A stretch of 64,000 nt of DNA from the NCBI GenBank assembly GCA_029717555.1, contig JAMDHS010000002.1, positions 496,001-560,000 of the forward strand, read 5' to 3'. This DNA comes from Peribolospora baueri (Eukaryota). Position 1 is the stretch's first letter; every line of letters begins with the position of its first letter. The position numbers and the translations under genes were made by a program. Under the pieces are notes generated by a model, which ran no database searches, was not told the origin of the DNA, and saw only the letters and a program-made list of their open reading frames with translations. Shown in pieces: positions 24,782 through 36,375 of the stretch.

Positions 24782-27628
24782 ATGCCACGCCGCCCGACCC
24801 CCGCACCCCTCCAGACGCCAAACACCTCGTCGGCCTCCTACCCTTCCACGGCCAACCACGGCTCCCACTCTTCCGTCATCCCTCTCCTACACAGCCCGTC
24901 CTCTCGCTCCCCCACCTCCCCCTTCTCCCCCTCGTCCGCTCGCAGACGATCCGTCTCGACCGCCAACGGCCGCAGCAACTCTGAGGCGGACCTCCCGCGC
25001 TCGTCGTCCATCTCGGTAGCCAACGCCGACACGGACCGTGCCCGGTCTTCTTCCTCCGCGTACACCTCCAGCTCGGACGCGTTTGTGCCCACGTTGAGCG
25101 GCCTCGGAACAGGTGTCACCATGGGAATGGGAAATGGGAATAGCAAGGGCAAGGGGAAAAGCCACGGGAGGAAAGAGTCCGTCGAGCTCAGCGCCGTCGA
25201 GGGCGGTTATTCCTCTCGTCTCACCAACGGCGCCGAAGGACCGACGGGCCGGACTTTGTGGGAGGACAGTATTCACGACGAGGACGACGAGGACGATGAC
25301 GAGGCGGGCGACTCTCGCTCCTTCCTCCGCTCCGCGTCCCGCGCTCCTCCCGTCGAGGCTTTCAAAGCCGGCGGCGTGGGAAGGACGATCGGCGGAGTGG
25401 GGTGGAAGAAGCTCGCGTTGATTTTAGCGATCGTCATGGGCCTCTTGTGGTTGCTCGGGCCGAAGGAAAGGAGGCAGAGTTTGTATGGGTATGCTGAAGG
25501 TGGGTGCGCGAACGCGTCGTTCGTCCGTGGTAAAGCCAACTTGGGTCATTCTCATTGGAACGTCTGCCTCACTTCGTGCCTCCTGTCAGAGGAGTACAAC
25601 GTCCGGATCAAAGGCTCAGGCCGACCGTCGCCGTCAGGCCGACCAGTTGACTTCGACGGCTCAGACCCCAGCGCCGTCCACCCCGGGGCGAAGCCCACGT
25701 CCACCGCCACACACACGGTCTCCGCGCCGCACCAACCCGCGTTAGACCTGTCCAAGGAAGTGCGCGTTCCGCCGGCGCTCCACGAGGACCCGTTGAAGAC
25801 GACGAGATGCATGACGCCCTTCCCGGGCAAGCCTTTGGTTCAATACGCGTTGATGATCGATGCGGGCAGCACGGGTAGCCGTATTCACATCTACAAGGTA
25901 AGCGCGAGTGCACATTACTTCTTCGGACCGGTGCTGACCGCGTCAGCCTTCGCCTTTGGTCTTCCGACTGGCTCCCAGTTCAACTACTGCAAGCCCGCGC
26001 CTGAGCTCGAGCAAGAGATCTTCGAACCCATCAAAGGCGGCCTTTCCAACTACAAGGACGACCCCGTCGGCGCGGCCCAATCTCTCCGACCGCTCCTTAA
26101 CAAAGCAATCGACGCCGTTCCTGAGTCCCTCCGAAAGTGCAGCCCCATCGCTGTCAAGGCTACCGCCGGACTGAGGCTCCTAGGGGCCAGCCAGAGCGAC
26201 GCCATTCTCAAGGCTGTGAGGAAGATGCTTGAGGATGAGTTTCCTTTTCCCGTTAGGGATCAGAAAAAGGGAAAGGAGGGCGGGGATGGCGTGCAGATCA
26301 TGGATGGGAAGGACGAGGGTGAGCGGCGGCCGTCCATTTGTCTCTATTGCTTGCGGAAAGAGACGTTCATGTTGATCTTTTTTTCATTCTTCTTCCCTCG
26401 TCAAGGTGTCTTCGCGTGGATCACGATCAACTACCTCCTCAACCGCATCGGCGAGGGCACTGCCGGCAAGAAGACGGCAGCGGTGATGGACCTGGGTGGA
26501 GCGAGCACACAGATCGTCTTCGAGCCCTCGTTCCCCGATGACAGCCAGCTTGCGGAGGGAGACCACAAATACGAACTGAACAGTATGTGTGCCTTGTTTG
26601 TTCAGCGACTGCTTTCGTCGTCCATCCACTTCTTTCGTCGGCTCAAACGCGTCCTCTCCCACATTCGTTCGCCACAGACTTTGGCGGCAAGGACTTCACG
26701 CTCTATCAAAATTCGTACCTCGGCTTTGGCCTGATGCGCGCCCGTCGAGCGATCAACAACCTGGCCGCTTTCAGTTGGTTCTTCGCCCAGCCCAAGCACG
26801 TCCTCACTGGCGAGCCTTTGCAGTGGGACGACCTGAATCCGTCCGTGGAGGTGCCGAACAGCTGCTTCGCCAAGGGATATCGCAAGGTCGTCGAGCTTGA
26901 TCCGCCAGGGAGAAAAAAGGTCAACGTAACGTTCACCGGTACCGGCGGTGGCGTCGAGGCTTGCCGGAGGCTCGTGGAGGTCATTATGGGCAAGGACGCG
27001 TGAGTGGCGAGGGGCGAACAACGAGGCACCCGCCCTCAGTTCGATCTCGCTCGATCGTCCTAGTCGGTCGGACAGCGCGCTCGCTGACATCCGGCGTTCT
27101 TCCTCCTCCGACAGCATGTGCGCTAACCCACCCTGCTCCTTTGCAGGAGTCTACCAGCCCTCGCTGACGAAGACCTTCTCCACTTCGCCGATCATCGCGC
27201 TCTCCTACTTTTACGATCGCCTCTCCCCCTTAGGTCTCGCGCCCACCTACACTGTTGGGCAGCTCGCGAACCTTTCCCGGGACGTGTGCGCGGACCCTTC
27301 GACGTGGAGGCAGAACTTTGGGCACCTGCCGAACGCCATGAGCGAGCTCGAGGATCGGCCCATGTACTGCGGCGACCTTACCTTCCAGCACGCGCTCCTC
27401 AGCCTGGGCTACGAGCTGCCCGAGGAGAGGCAGATCGTGAGCGAGAAGAAGCTGGGCGGGATAGAGCTGGGGTGGTGCTTGGGTGCCGTCATGTGAGTGG
27501 ATGGTCGAGGATCGGGTCGGGTCTTGGTGAGCGATACGAAAGAGCCGTCTGTCTGACCTCAGCCCGACGCTCTCTTTTCGTTCTGCAGCGATCTATTGGA
27601 CGGAGAAGGTCTGGAATGCAAGGTGTGA
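24782..27628 (+). CDS. GDA1: Golgi guanosine diphosphatase (GDA1/CD39 NTPDase family), type II membrane protein, multi-exon
   Basis: Apyrase conserved regions [69 protein letters not shown] segment [15 protein letters not shown]. Confidence 0.93.
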
Positions 27629-27898
27629 GCGGACAGATTGGCTGCGTCAGTAAAAACGGACGGTCCAGGTTTTGTGTTTTTGTATCCCCCTCGTCACGCC
27701 GCCGTTCGCCTTGTAGACCTACATACACACGTGTCCTGGAATGGCGTACGCCGAGATTAGATCGGTTTCTTTTCCTGTTTGCTGGCTCTCGTTGGGAAGA
27801 GCCGGAGTAATCACGTACTGTATGTAGTACCGTCCGTTCTCTTTCCTTCCGAGGGCTGCATCGAAACGTGGGTCGTTTTCGGGCATGTCCGCGATCGT

Positions 27899-27906
27899 TG
27901 ACGTCA
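27899..27906. promoter_or_regulatory. CRE/ATF site TGACGTCA upstream of PMP3
   Basis: Perfect palindrome about 215 bp upstream of the ATG at 28121. Function inferred. Confidence 0.45.
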
Positions 27907-28120
27907 CGTTGCCGCCGGCGGGCATGCGAGAGTAGTTTAGGTCGAAAGTGGACCGACCGTCGGGTCGAGCCGTGCCTCTTCTCTCCGACCGCCACCAGCC
28001 GCCCTCGACAAACCGCTTTGTGGACACCTTATTAGCCACTCGTCCCTTTCTTCACCTCGCCCTGAACGGTCTCCTCCAACTCAACCACCTCCTTCGATCC
28101 ATCGCCGCACCACACTCGCA

Positions 28121-29192
28121 ATGGCCCGTACCTCTTCCGTCGGCGACATTTGCCTGTGAGTGCCCAACCCTGTCGCACGAGAATGAGTCCAGTCTCCGCG
28201 GCGCAGCGCCTAGCGGTCGCCCCCCTCTCTTCTGCCCTGAGGGACCGTCTCACACTTGCTCGCTCGCTGACCTTGCCCTTCTCCCCACTCCAATCCTTGC
28301 GGTGATCATACCACCCCAGGTACTTTTTGGCAATGTGAGTGAAGCCCGTCGCTGCATTCGTACGATCACTTCCCCCCCAAGCGACGTCGTCCCTTCGGTC
28401 GTGCGCTCATTGCTGTCATCATACGTGGCGTCCTTCGATGCTCTGAGCTGTCCGTCCGTCGGCCGCCCAAGCGGTCACGGTCACGGCGATGAAGACTTCG
28501 CGCACGATTTGTGCGCCCCCCTGGGAAACTTTCACGATGCTCATTCGCCTTCACGCCCGTCTTTTTCGCCACGCTCCTTGACTTCAGCTTCCTTCCTCCC
28601 CTTGCCGTTTTCTTCAAGGTGCGTGCGTCTCTCGCTACTCGCGCCCCTCTTCTTTTCGCGTCGATCACCAACCCTCGCTTCTCTTGGAATTTGTTTATCT
28701 GCGTGCAGAGGGAGTGCCATGCCGATTTCTGGATCAACTGCGGTGCGTCCTGATGTCCGCGAAAGCCTTTCTATGGTTGTTACAGTCCGAGCGTCCAGGA
28801 AAGGAGATGGGCCCATTGCTCTTCATCAGTGATGATGGCGGAGGCCGGGTCTTCGCGCGTCCCAACCATTACTTTCCCCCCCTTCACTCATTTCAACTAA
28901 CCCCTATTCTCATGTTTTCAGCTCTTTGCGTCCTCGGTTGGGTCCCTGGTGTGATTCATGCGTGAGCCTGCTTCTCTACCTCTGCTTCCCGTCGCTCACG
29001 TCTTGAGGTGTGGCCTATGCTAAATCCTGCGTTGTTCGTCTTCCCACGCGGACAATCAGATGGTGGATCATTTCCAAGTACGAGGTGAGTCGCCTGGATT
29101 GACGGTCCCCCATCCCACCACACTCGCTCACGCCCTCCTCTCCACTGTTTGCCACTCTTCCCTCCATCATGGTCTAGACCGCGGCCAATTAA
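28121..29192 (+). CDS. PMP3: Pmp3/UPF0057 plasma-membrane proteolipid, 64 aa, 7 micro-exons
   Basis: Exons 28121-28155, 28320-28334, 28588-28618, 28709-28742, 28922-28961, 29060-29084 and 29178-29192 total 195 nt. They give MARTSSVGDICLYFLAIFLPPLAVFFKRECHADFWINCALCVLGWVPGVIHAWWIISKYETAAN*. Confidence 0.93.
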
Positions 29193-29601
29193 ACGACCAC
29201 TAAGGACGCTCCCCCCTCCCAGCAAGCCATCGTAGGAAGATCGCGTTGCAACCGGACTCCTACCATCTTTCCTCGTTTGCTGTCCCCCCTCCCCCCTCTT
29301 CTTCTTGGCAACCATCTGCCCTTTCAAGCGACGACCTCGACGTTCATGTAAGCTTTAGTTCACACCCTGCTTGTGCCCGGTCTTCATATACGTATACCTT
29401 TTCGCGGTTTGCCCCGCGCTAAGCCGGCGCCATTCTTCCGAGTGCGATATCGTCAATCAAAGCAGGCCCATCCGCACCGAGCTGCCGTGGGCAAATCTCC
29501 CAAGGAGAGAGAGAGAGCGGGCAAGAAATACGTTTTATCTGGCCCCTCCAGCTGGAAAGCATCCCCAGATCTATCTAATGCGGCCGCGATCGACGTATCG
29601 T

Positions 29602-31293
29602 TCAGTCCGTCTGCATGGAATCGTTCCTATCATCTCCCTCTCCCTCTCCCTCTCCTTCGCCAGAAGACCCCGCCACACCACCCCTCGCCTGTCGCTCGAT
29701 GGCGCGGAGGAAGGCTTCGATGCCTTTATTCCACGTCGAATTGGAACGTAGCCAGAAAAAAAGGGAGATGTGAGCAAGCGTGTCCGCTGCAAGCGGAGAG
29801 CCGCGACGAAGATCGAAGAGAGAATTCGCACAACTCACCGCTCCCTGCCTCAGGCTCAAGTCCCAGGCTGCCTGCGATGGGAGCCAGCTGGCCGGTCCGC
29901 AAGGCGTGATCGAGGCCGCGCACGGCGGCCTGGAACTGAGGCGACTCGATTACCCGCCTCACGCTCGCTTCGTCTCGGGGTAGCTCGGGTGGCAAGTGCG
30001 GGAAGAGGGAGGTCGCGAGCTCTTGGTTGGAGAGGAGGGGCAAGAGGGATGAGGGTGTGAGGACGTCGCTAAGGGAAAGCTCTGGGCAAGGACGTAGGTA
30101 AGAGACGAACGATGGAACAGGACGAGGAAGGCGGTAGAGCGCGTCGGTCAGTTTGCGAGCCGCGCTCAGGGGACGAGCGAGTATGCATCGACAACACGGA
30201 TATCAGTCCTTCCACGCACCTTCCATGTGCGTCGTCTCAGCCCCTTCCGGAACGGAGATCCCGCCGAGAATCTGCCTCAACTGCGCCATCTGCTCTGCCG
30301 TCAAACCCTCCGCACCCCTCGCCGCAGCGCCCGCGCCGGTCACAGGAACCGTCGCCCTCTGCGCGCGAGGAGCGCCCGGAACCTCGCCGCCGCCGGGGCC
30401 GGTGGTCGTCGGCGTCTGGGGGGCTTGGCCCCAGTTGGAAGGTAGAGGGGCGGAGGGGTCTTCAATGACAGCGTTTACACGCGCTGCTCGCTGCTCGTCT
30501 AACGCAGAAACACCGTCTTGCATCCAGAAGAATTGGCGAGAGCTCGAGGACTGATTGAAATAACGTGGAGATAAGCAGTGATGAGATAAGGACGGAGAAA
30601 TAGTAACGATAGCTTCGATAGATCAAGAAAGTTTGTCTGGCTCACAAGAAACTTGAGCACGTATACACGACCACCCGGCGCTTGAGCCACCTTGTCGAAT
30701 GTGGCTTCGCCAGGGAAGATAATGAGATCCTGCGGTGCAAACAGGCCAAAGGCATCCCTAGAGTCAGTTGTGATTGCGCAAGCTTCACGCATGCTCGTGT
30801 GCATCTGCACGCTCCAAAGACAGGTGCAAAACGAGCCTCACATCCACGACTTGGTTGCTGCGAAGAGAATGACAATCACAGCGTGGTACGGAAAAGTTAG
30901 TCGCGGATTTCGCTGCAAAAGAGCGCAGAAACTACTCACGCGTCCCGGTTTTTCCAAACTACGGGCGAATATCACCCGTCGCCCACAATGCCTGGTCAGC
31001 ACAAATCGCCTGATGCACAATCGTAAAATGAGCAACGCTCACCAAAGTGGGTCAAGCCATCCTCCGGGTTCTTACCAAAAAACCAAATCAAGCATAAGCC
31101 AGATGTCAATACCTAACTCTACACACGCACCACTTTTCTCGCCTGGTCCTGCGTCCCCTGCTATCACAGCCCGCGTTGCCCGGGCACTCACCTGCTCGAT
31201 ATACAGCAGACCTTTCTCAGACTGAGGGTCAACCCAGTTCGTCTCGCCTCTACGCTGACACTTGCCGGCCTTGAAAGAAACTAGGGCAGCCAT
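29602..31293 (-). CDS. RPN13: Proteasome ubiquitin receptor Rpn13/ADRM1 (Pru domain plus C-terminal UCH-binding-like region), multi-exon
   Basis: VSFKAGKC..WVDPQSEKGLLYIE, DGLTHFVWKNR, DLIIFPGEATFDKV..GRVYVLKF, FFWMQD; C-terminal LFPHLP..VIESPQFQAAVRGLDHALRTG..GIEAFLRAI. Confidence 0.93.
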
Positions 31294-32391
31294 TTTAGCG
31301 AGACAGCCAAAAACACAAGCAATAGAGCAGCAACGCTATAGAGTGTGTGGCTTGGAGTTCTTGACGGTGGACGCGGTGAAGGTGGAATCGAGTTGATGAT
31401 CACAGCTGACGACGCTCCATCACGTGCTCTGACCACGACTGAGCCGAGCATCCGAAGGGGGATTTCGTCTCTCCACCGCAATCCATGGATGCCATCGCAG
31501 CTCGCCGACTTCGCATATTGCGTGCCCTCAGCGCTCCTCAAATCGGTGTGCGTTGGTAAACGACACAGAGGTGCTGAAGTGGACTAGCGACACGATTTGC
31601 CTACTGCCCATCTCACCACTGCATGTACGGCGCGGAGATCGGACCCCAGGGCTGACATGGTCTGTGGTATGGCTGCCTGCCTCACCGGTTTGTTCCCTCA
31701 TACCACCGTTCTGTCCCTTTGGCCCATGCGACTACGTCTCTTCAACTCATGGCTCATCTCCTTCCGGAGAACGTCGCTCAAATGACGATCTTCACTCAGC
31801 TCGCTGTCCGCCTCCACCGAAGCAGATTCCTTCGTCCGGGCATGCCAGTTCTGAACTGCTTAAAATGGCCGGCCTGATATCTGATCACCTCCCTACTCCC
31901 CTTGCTCTTCATATCATACCGCTCCTTATACTACCCGCACACCTTGACTTGCCCCATTGTGCTGGATCAGGCTCTTTCTACTGTCAAGTCACTGTTGCCT
32001 CTTCTCCGACGCTTGATTTTAGACTGCGGACCGGGAAAGCACGAGGCGAGGTGGCCAGGTCTGCGAGACTTGGATGAAGTCATCGATTATGGTTGGAGGC
32101 TGAAGAAGAAAGAGACGACAGACGCGAGATGTTTTGCCTTTCTTCCCAGATTTGTTTGGACTGTAGGAATCGCACTTTTTATCTGGCGGTGATCCATCGC
32201 TTTCTCCCGACGTGGGTGATTATGTGACCGAACATCGGTGCGTGCAGGGTACATAGTATTGCCATGGAGACCTCAAGTACGAGCGCAATATTTCTCGACG
32301 TCCTTATCTTCTCCATCCCAACGACGAGTGCAACCTTGCTTCGCCAACGTCCCATACTTTGAAGCTTCAGCCGGAAGCCGAAGAAACGATC

Positions 32392-33241
32392 ATGCCAGCT
32401 CGTCCTTGCGAGAATGTGAGTGGACCGCATCCTCGCACTTCATCGTCGGCCGGTGTCGTCTCGACTGACATTTGGCCATCTGGCTCTGTTGGCTTACTTT
32501 CCACCCTAACGGAATGACAGGCGTGGTTCTACCCTCGCCCGCCGGCCCTCCAGCATACGTCTTCTCGCCTCAGGGTCATCTGGAGGCAGGGACTTCAAGC
32601 TCAAGAGGTGGTCATAGCGGACACAACGAATGGGTACAGGGTATTGGAGACATCTCGTGAGTGGAAAGGAGGGAGATGGCTCGGCCTGCTGCTGCTGAGC
32701 ACCGTCCTCGCCTCTCCGTGCCTTGCTTTTCGGATATGTCTCCCAGATCCACCGACATACTACATACCTCCAGAGGATGTGCGCACAGACCTCCTCCGTC
32801 CTTCCTCAACGCGAAGGACCCTGTGCGAGTGGAAGGGAGTGGCCCTGTACCATGATTTCTACCCTCCGCCTTCGTCCTCCTTGTCTTCAGACATCGCACC
32901 TATCAGGGCTCGCATCTGGTCCTACCCTTCCCCCAACGCTCCTTTTGCTGCGATCAAGGATTACCTCTGCTTCTACCCTTCTGTCACTCCTACTCAACCT
33001 GGACGGACGGTGGCAGAGACAGATGAGGGATGGACATGCTATGTGGATGAGGACAGGGTTTCACCCCAGGAGGGGGGATTCTACGGAGGATGGGTCACGC
33101 CTGAGATCGAAGGGAAGATGAAGGGAGGGTGAGTAGTGCTCGTCCAACTCGCCTCAATCAAGGAGGACGAACGCAAATCAACCGTCGCGCCACTTCTCTC
33201 CCTCTTCCATCTTTCTCAGCCCCGGTACCTGGGCTTGGTGA
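32392..33241 (+). CDS. DUF427 (NTP_transf_9) domain protein, 4 exons
   Basis: Spliced MPARPCEN/AWFYPRPPALQ..VIADTTNGYRVLETS/HPPTYYIPPEDV..TLCEWKGVA..WSYPSP..GGFYGGWVTPEIEGKMKGG/PGTWAW*. Confidence 0.9.
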
Positions 33242-33467
33242 AGGAAAGATATCCAGTTGGAATTGGCCATGGATGCGTGAATGAGAGATAGGTGATTAGA
33301 CTCCTGTCGCGCGTGTGTGACGCATCAGAGGGTCGAACCAGGCTACAAGTACAAAAAATGTGTCGCAGAACAAGGTGTGACAGATGGAGAGAAATGGTGA
33401 CATAGATACGCGGCGTCATAAGAAGCGCAGACGACCTCCGGCCTAATTGGGATGTGCCGCCATCGCT

Positions 33468-35943
33468 TTACTTCTTTCTTCCACCCTTGGCGGCCGTCGC
33501 GTCGGCCTTGCCGCCAGTCGCTTTGGTTTTCTTGGTCTTGCCCTTGACCTCCTCCTGGTCGCCCTGTTCGTTCGACCCGACACGACAATCCGTTCAGCCA
33601 CGCTTTTAAGCTAGACAGAACCCTACTCATCCGGTGCACCCGTTCCGCTTTCTCCGAACACCCACTGCTGCCTCGTACACTCACTTTTCGCTTAGCCGGG
33701 CCGCTGGACGACACCGCGAAGAAGCCATCGAGCCTTCCCTGCTGCTTCGTGTGGAGCATCTTTTGCAACTTTGCAGCGCCACTTCGGACACGTTCTTCGC
33801 TGTTTGCGTGAGCGATGGTGGATGGCACGGGGTGGTACGGACAAATACAATATCAGCAACGGCCAGCATCTCGCAACGAGCACAAAGGCGGGCGCGGGTG
33901 GGAACGGAGCAGAAGCTTTCCTCTCCGACTCACTTGAAACCCTTCTCGCGTACCAGGAAGTCGACGAGGCCTTCCACGTCTGGAGCTTCCCATTTAATCT
34001 GCGTAACCGACGAGACGGCCAAAAGGTACGTGGCGAGAAAGGGCAGGTATAAAGCAAAAGATAACGACAAACCAGAAGATGGAATACGCTGTCAGGCAAA
34101 CGAGCAAGGTCCGCAGAACGGATAAGCATAGTCGAATCCAGGCAATCGGCTGACTCACATCGAGCTCCTCAGCAAGAGTCACGTCTGGCTTCTTGAAAAG
34201 CTCCCTAGCATCCTGGAAAGGCCACTCGTCCGGGACCTTGATGCTCTTCTTATCCTCCTGGCGTAGGTGCTCGACGACCTTTTCGAGCGAGCCGTGCTCC
34301 CTAATGTATTTGAGTGCCGTCTTGGGACCGATGCCTTTAATTGGCTCGAGGTAGTCGCAACCAAGCAAAATACAGAGGTCGATAAACTGATGTGTCGTAT
34401 GTCGTTCGGAGCGAGAGTCGTCACCAACGGACGAGCAGATGATGGCGGCAGATGAGTCAAGGCTACGGAGACACAGAGCCGCGCGACCCGTAGCGAGCAC
34501 GCTCACCTGATCCCTGGTCATCTCCAAACCCTCCAATGCCTTCTCGAGGTTGATCTCGTGAATGGGCATTTTTTTCGCCTCGCTGAACGTCAAGTGCCGG
34601 AGCAGGATGGGCGTATTAAATGTCAGGGTATCCATGTCTTCCGAGCCGGCTGCGTACACCTGAAGAGGGGTCGTAATGCGGAAAGCGCCAAGTCAGGACG
34701 TCCTCGATTGCAGCGGGAACAGAGGAGCACTCACTTTGCCTCCTCGTGCGAGCTCGGCGCACTGCGCTTCGGCTTCTCCAGGAGCCTGCAACCCGGACGA
34801 GGGATCTCTAATGAGCGCTCACTCGGCAACGGGCAGCGACTCTGAGCTGAACCCCACGTGCAGTCCTACATCACAAAACAAAGACGCACCACGACGCAAG
34901 GAATGCCCATGAGCTTGAGCAGTCTCCGACATTCCTCGTTGTGCTCCTTCGTCACTCGCACAGTTCGGCGGTTTATCTTATCCAGCTCGGCGGCTTCGGC
35001 TGTCAAACCGCATAAATCCACAGGTGGTGGAGAGTTTCCGTCAGATATCGATCAGACAGTCACAAGTCTTTGTAGACCACCCGCGACACGATTGAAGTGC
35101 CGAGCCGAAGCGGAAGAGCCTCCACGACGGAAAGATGATTATATAACAAGTTCCACCTACCAATGTCCTTCTGCTCCTCTTCCTGCTCCTTGGCCTCCTC
35201 TCGCCTTTCAAAACGTTTCGCTAGCACGCCCTTCTTGAGATCGGGTGGCTTGCCATCGAAAACGTACGCAGGCTTGAGGCCGTTGTCGACCATTCGGATC
35301 GTACGGTAGAAGAAGCCCATTAGATGGCTTTTTGGGAAACATGAAGAATGAGACAATTGCTCAGTTCATTTATTCAGGATCTCATAAAATTTGACGAGAC
35401 GAACAAGGGTGTTAGATGGCGGGAGGTTACTTACCTCGTCGTCTCTCCACCCTCCGACATGAGTTGCTGTCCGTCCTGCTGTCGCACAGCAATCAGAAAC
35501 TGTGTGACAGAGACAAGAAGACAGACAAAGAGGGGGCGTCGGTCAGGCTCTGCAAAATCGTACTCATTAGACTTTATCCAGACACGTAGGCTGGCGGTGG
35601 GCGGCTGACCTGGTATATGCTCATGCTCGCGTCGATGGCAACCTTCCTGCCAAACAGGTGTTTCATTTCAAATTCCTTGATTGCGCGTGGAGCCTAAAAA
35701 GAAAGAGCAGCAAGGATGTTAAGCGACATAGCCGGGTATGTGGGTGAGATAGGGTTATCAAGCACTGGTCCATATGAGGAATGGGCTGGAAGAAGCGAAC
35801 GCACCCCATCGCTGATGATGGACGTCAGCCCTTTAATACCCTGCATGAAAACATGATAATGTCGGAGCGTGCAAGAAGGATGAAGCTTAGAGACAGTTTC
35901 TCGCCACGATTGCATGTAGCCACAGGCTGAGGAAACTGACCAT
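33468..35943 (-). CDS. FEN1: Flap endonuclease 1 (XPG/Rad2 family), multi-exon; first coding exon is the ATG alone
   Basis: [81 protein letters not shown] box QGRLDGFF and a basic tail. Confidence 0.97.
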
Positions 35944-36375
35944 GTTGGAAGATGGTCGAGCTAGCCACGCGAGTGCAGTGCTCCGTGAATCTGAAGCGGA
36001 GAAGAAAAAGCCAAAAGTCAGTTGCTGCCTCAACCAAAGTGCAATCGATCGTTCGCCTCGTCTGCTCACCCAGTGAGCTTCGCCTTGATGGTGGTGACAA
36101 TGGAGACGATGGAAACGTCGCGCGATGGACCAAGGACGTGCCGTTCCTTCTCAAGCGCGCTCATTCGCTCAGCGCGTGCCCTCGATCGCGATCGGCCTTA
36201 CCACCGCCTACCGCCGCAACGCGCATGGTGAGACGCGAGCGCGTAAAGTCGGCGCGCCGTTGTATTCGCGCTTCGCCACTCGCACTCCAGCCTGTTGCTC
36301 GACGGATCGTCTCTGATTGACCGTATTCTCACCTCCGCATTAAGTCTTCATATTTGGCACTCGTCACGGCTGAGA
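35944..36375. promoter_or_regulatory. Bidirectional promoter with clustered MCB-like ACGCG cores
   Basis: ACGCG/CGCGT cores at about 35967, 36173, 36219, 36233 and 36240, between the head-to-head ATGs. Confidence 0.5.

Noticed and set aside
27948..28832. 294-aa plus ORF
   Set aside because: Runs through the promoter and introns of the micro-exon PMP3 gene, which explains the region better.
31780..31860. Box C/D snoRNA-like ATGACGA...CTGA
   Set aside because: Imperfect box C, and no terminal stem or rRNA guide that I could verify.
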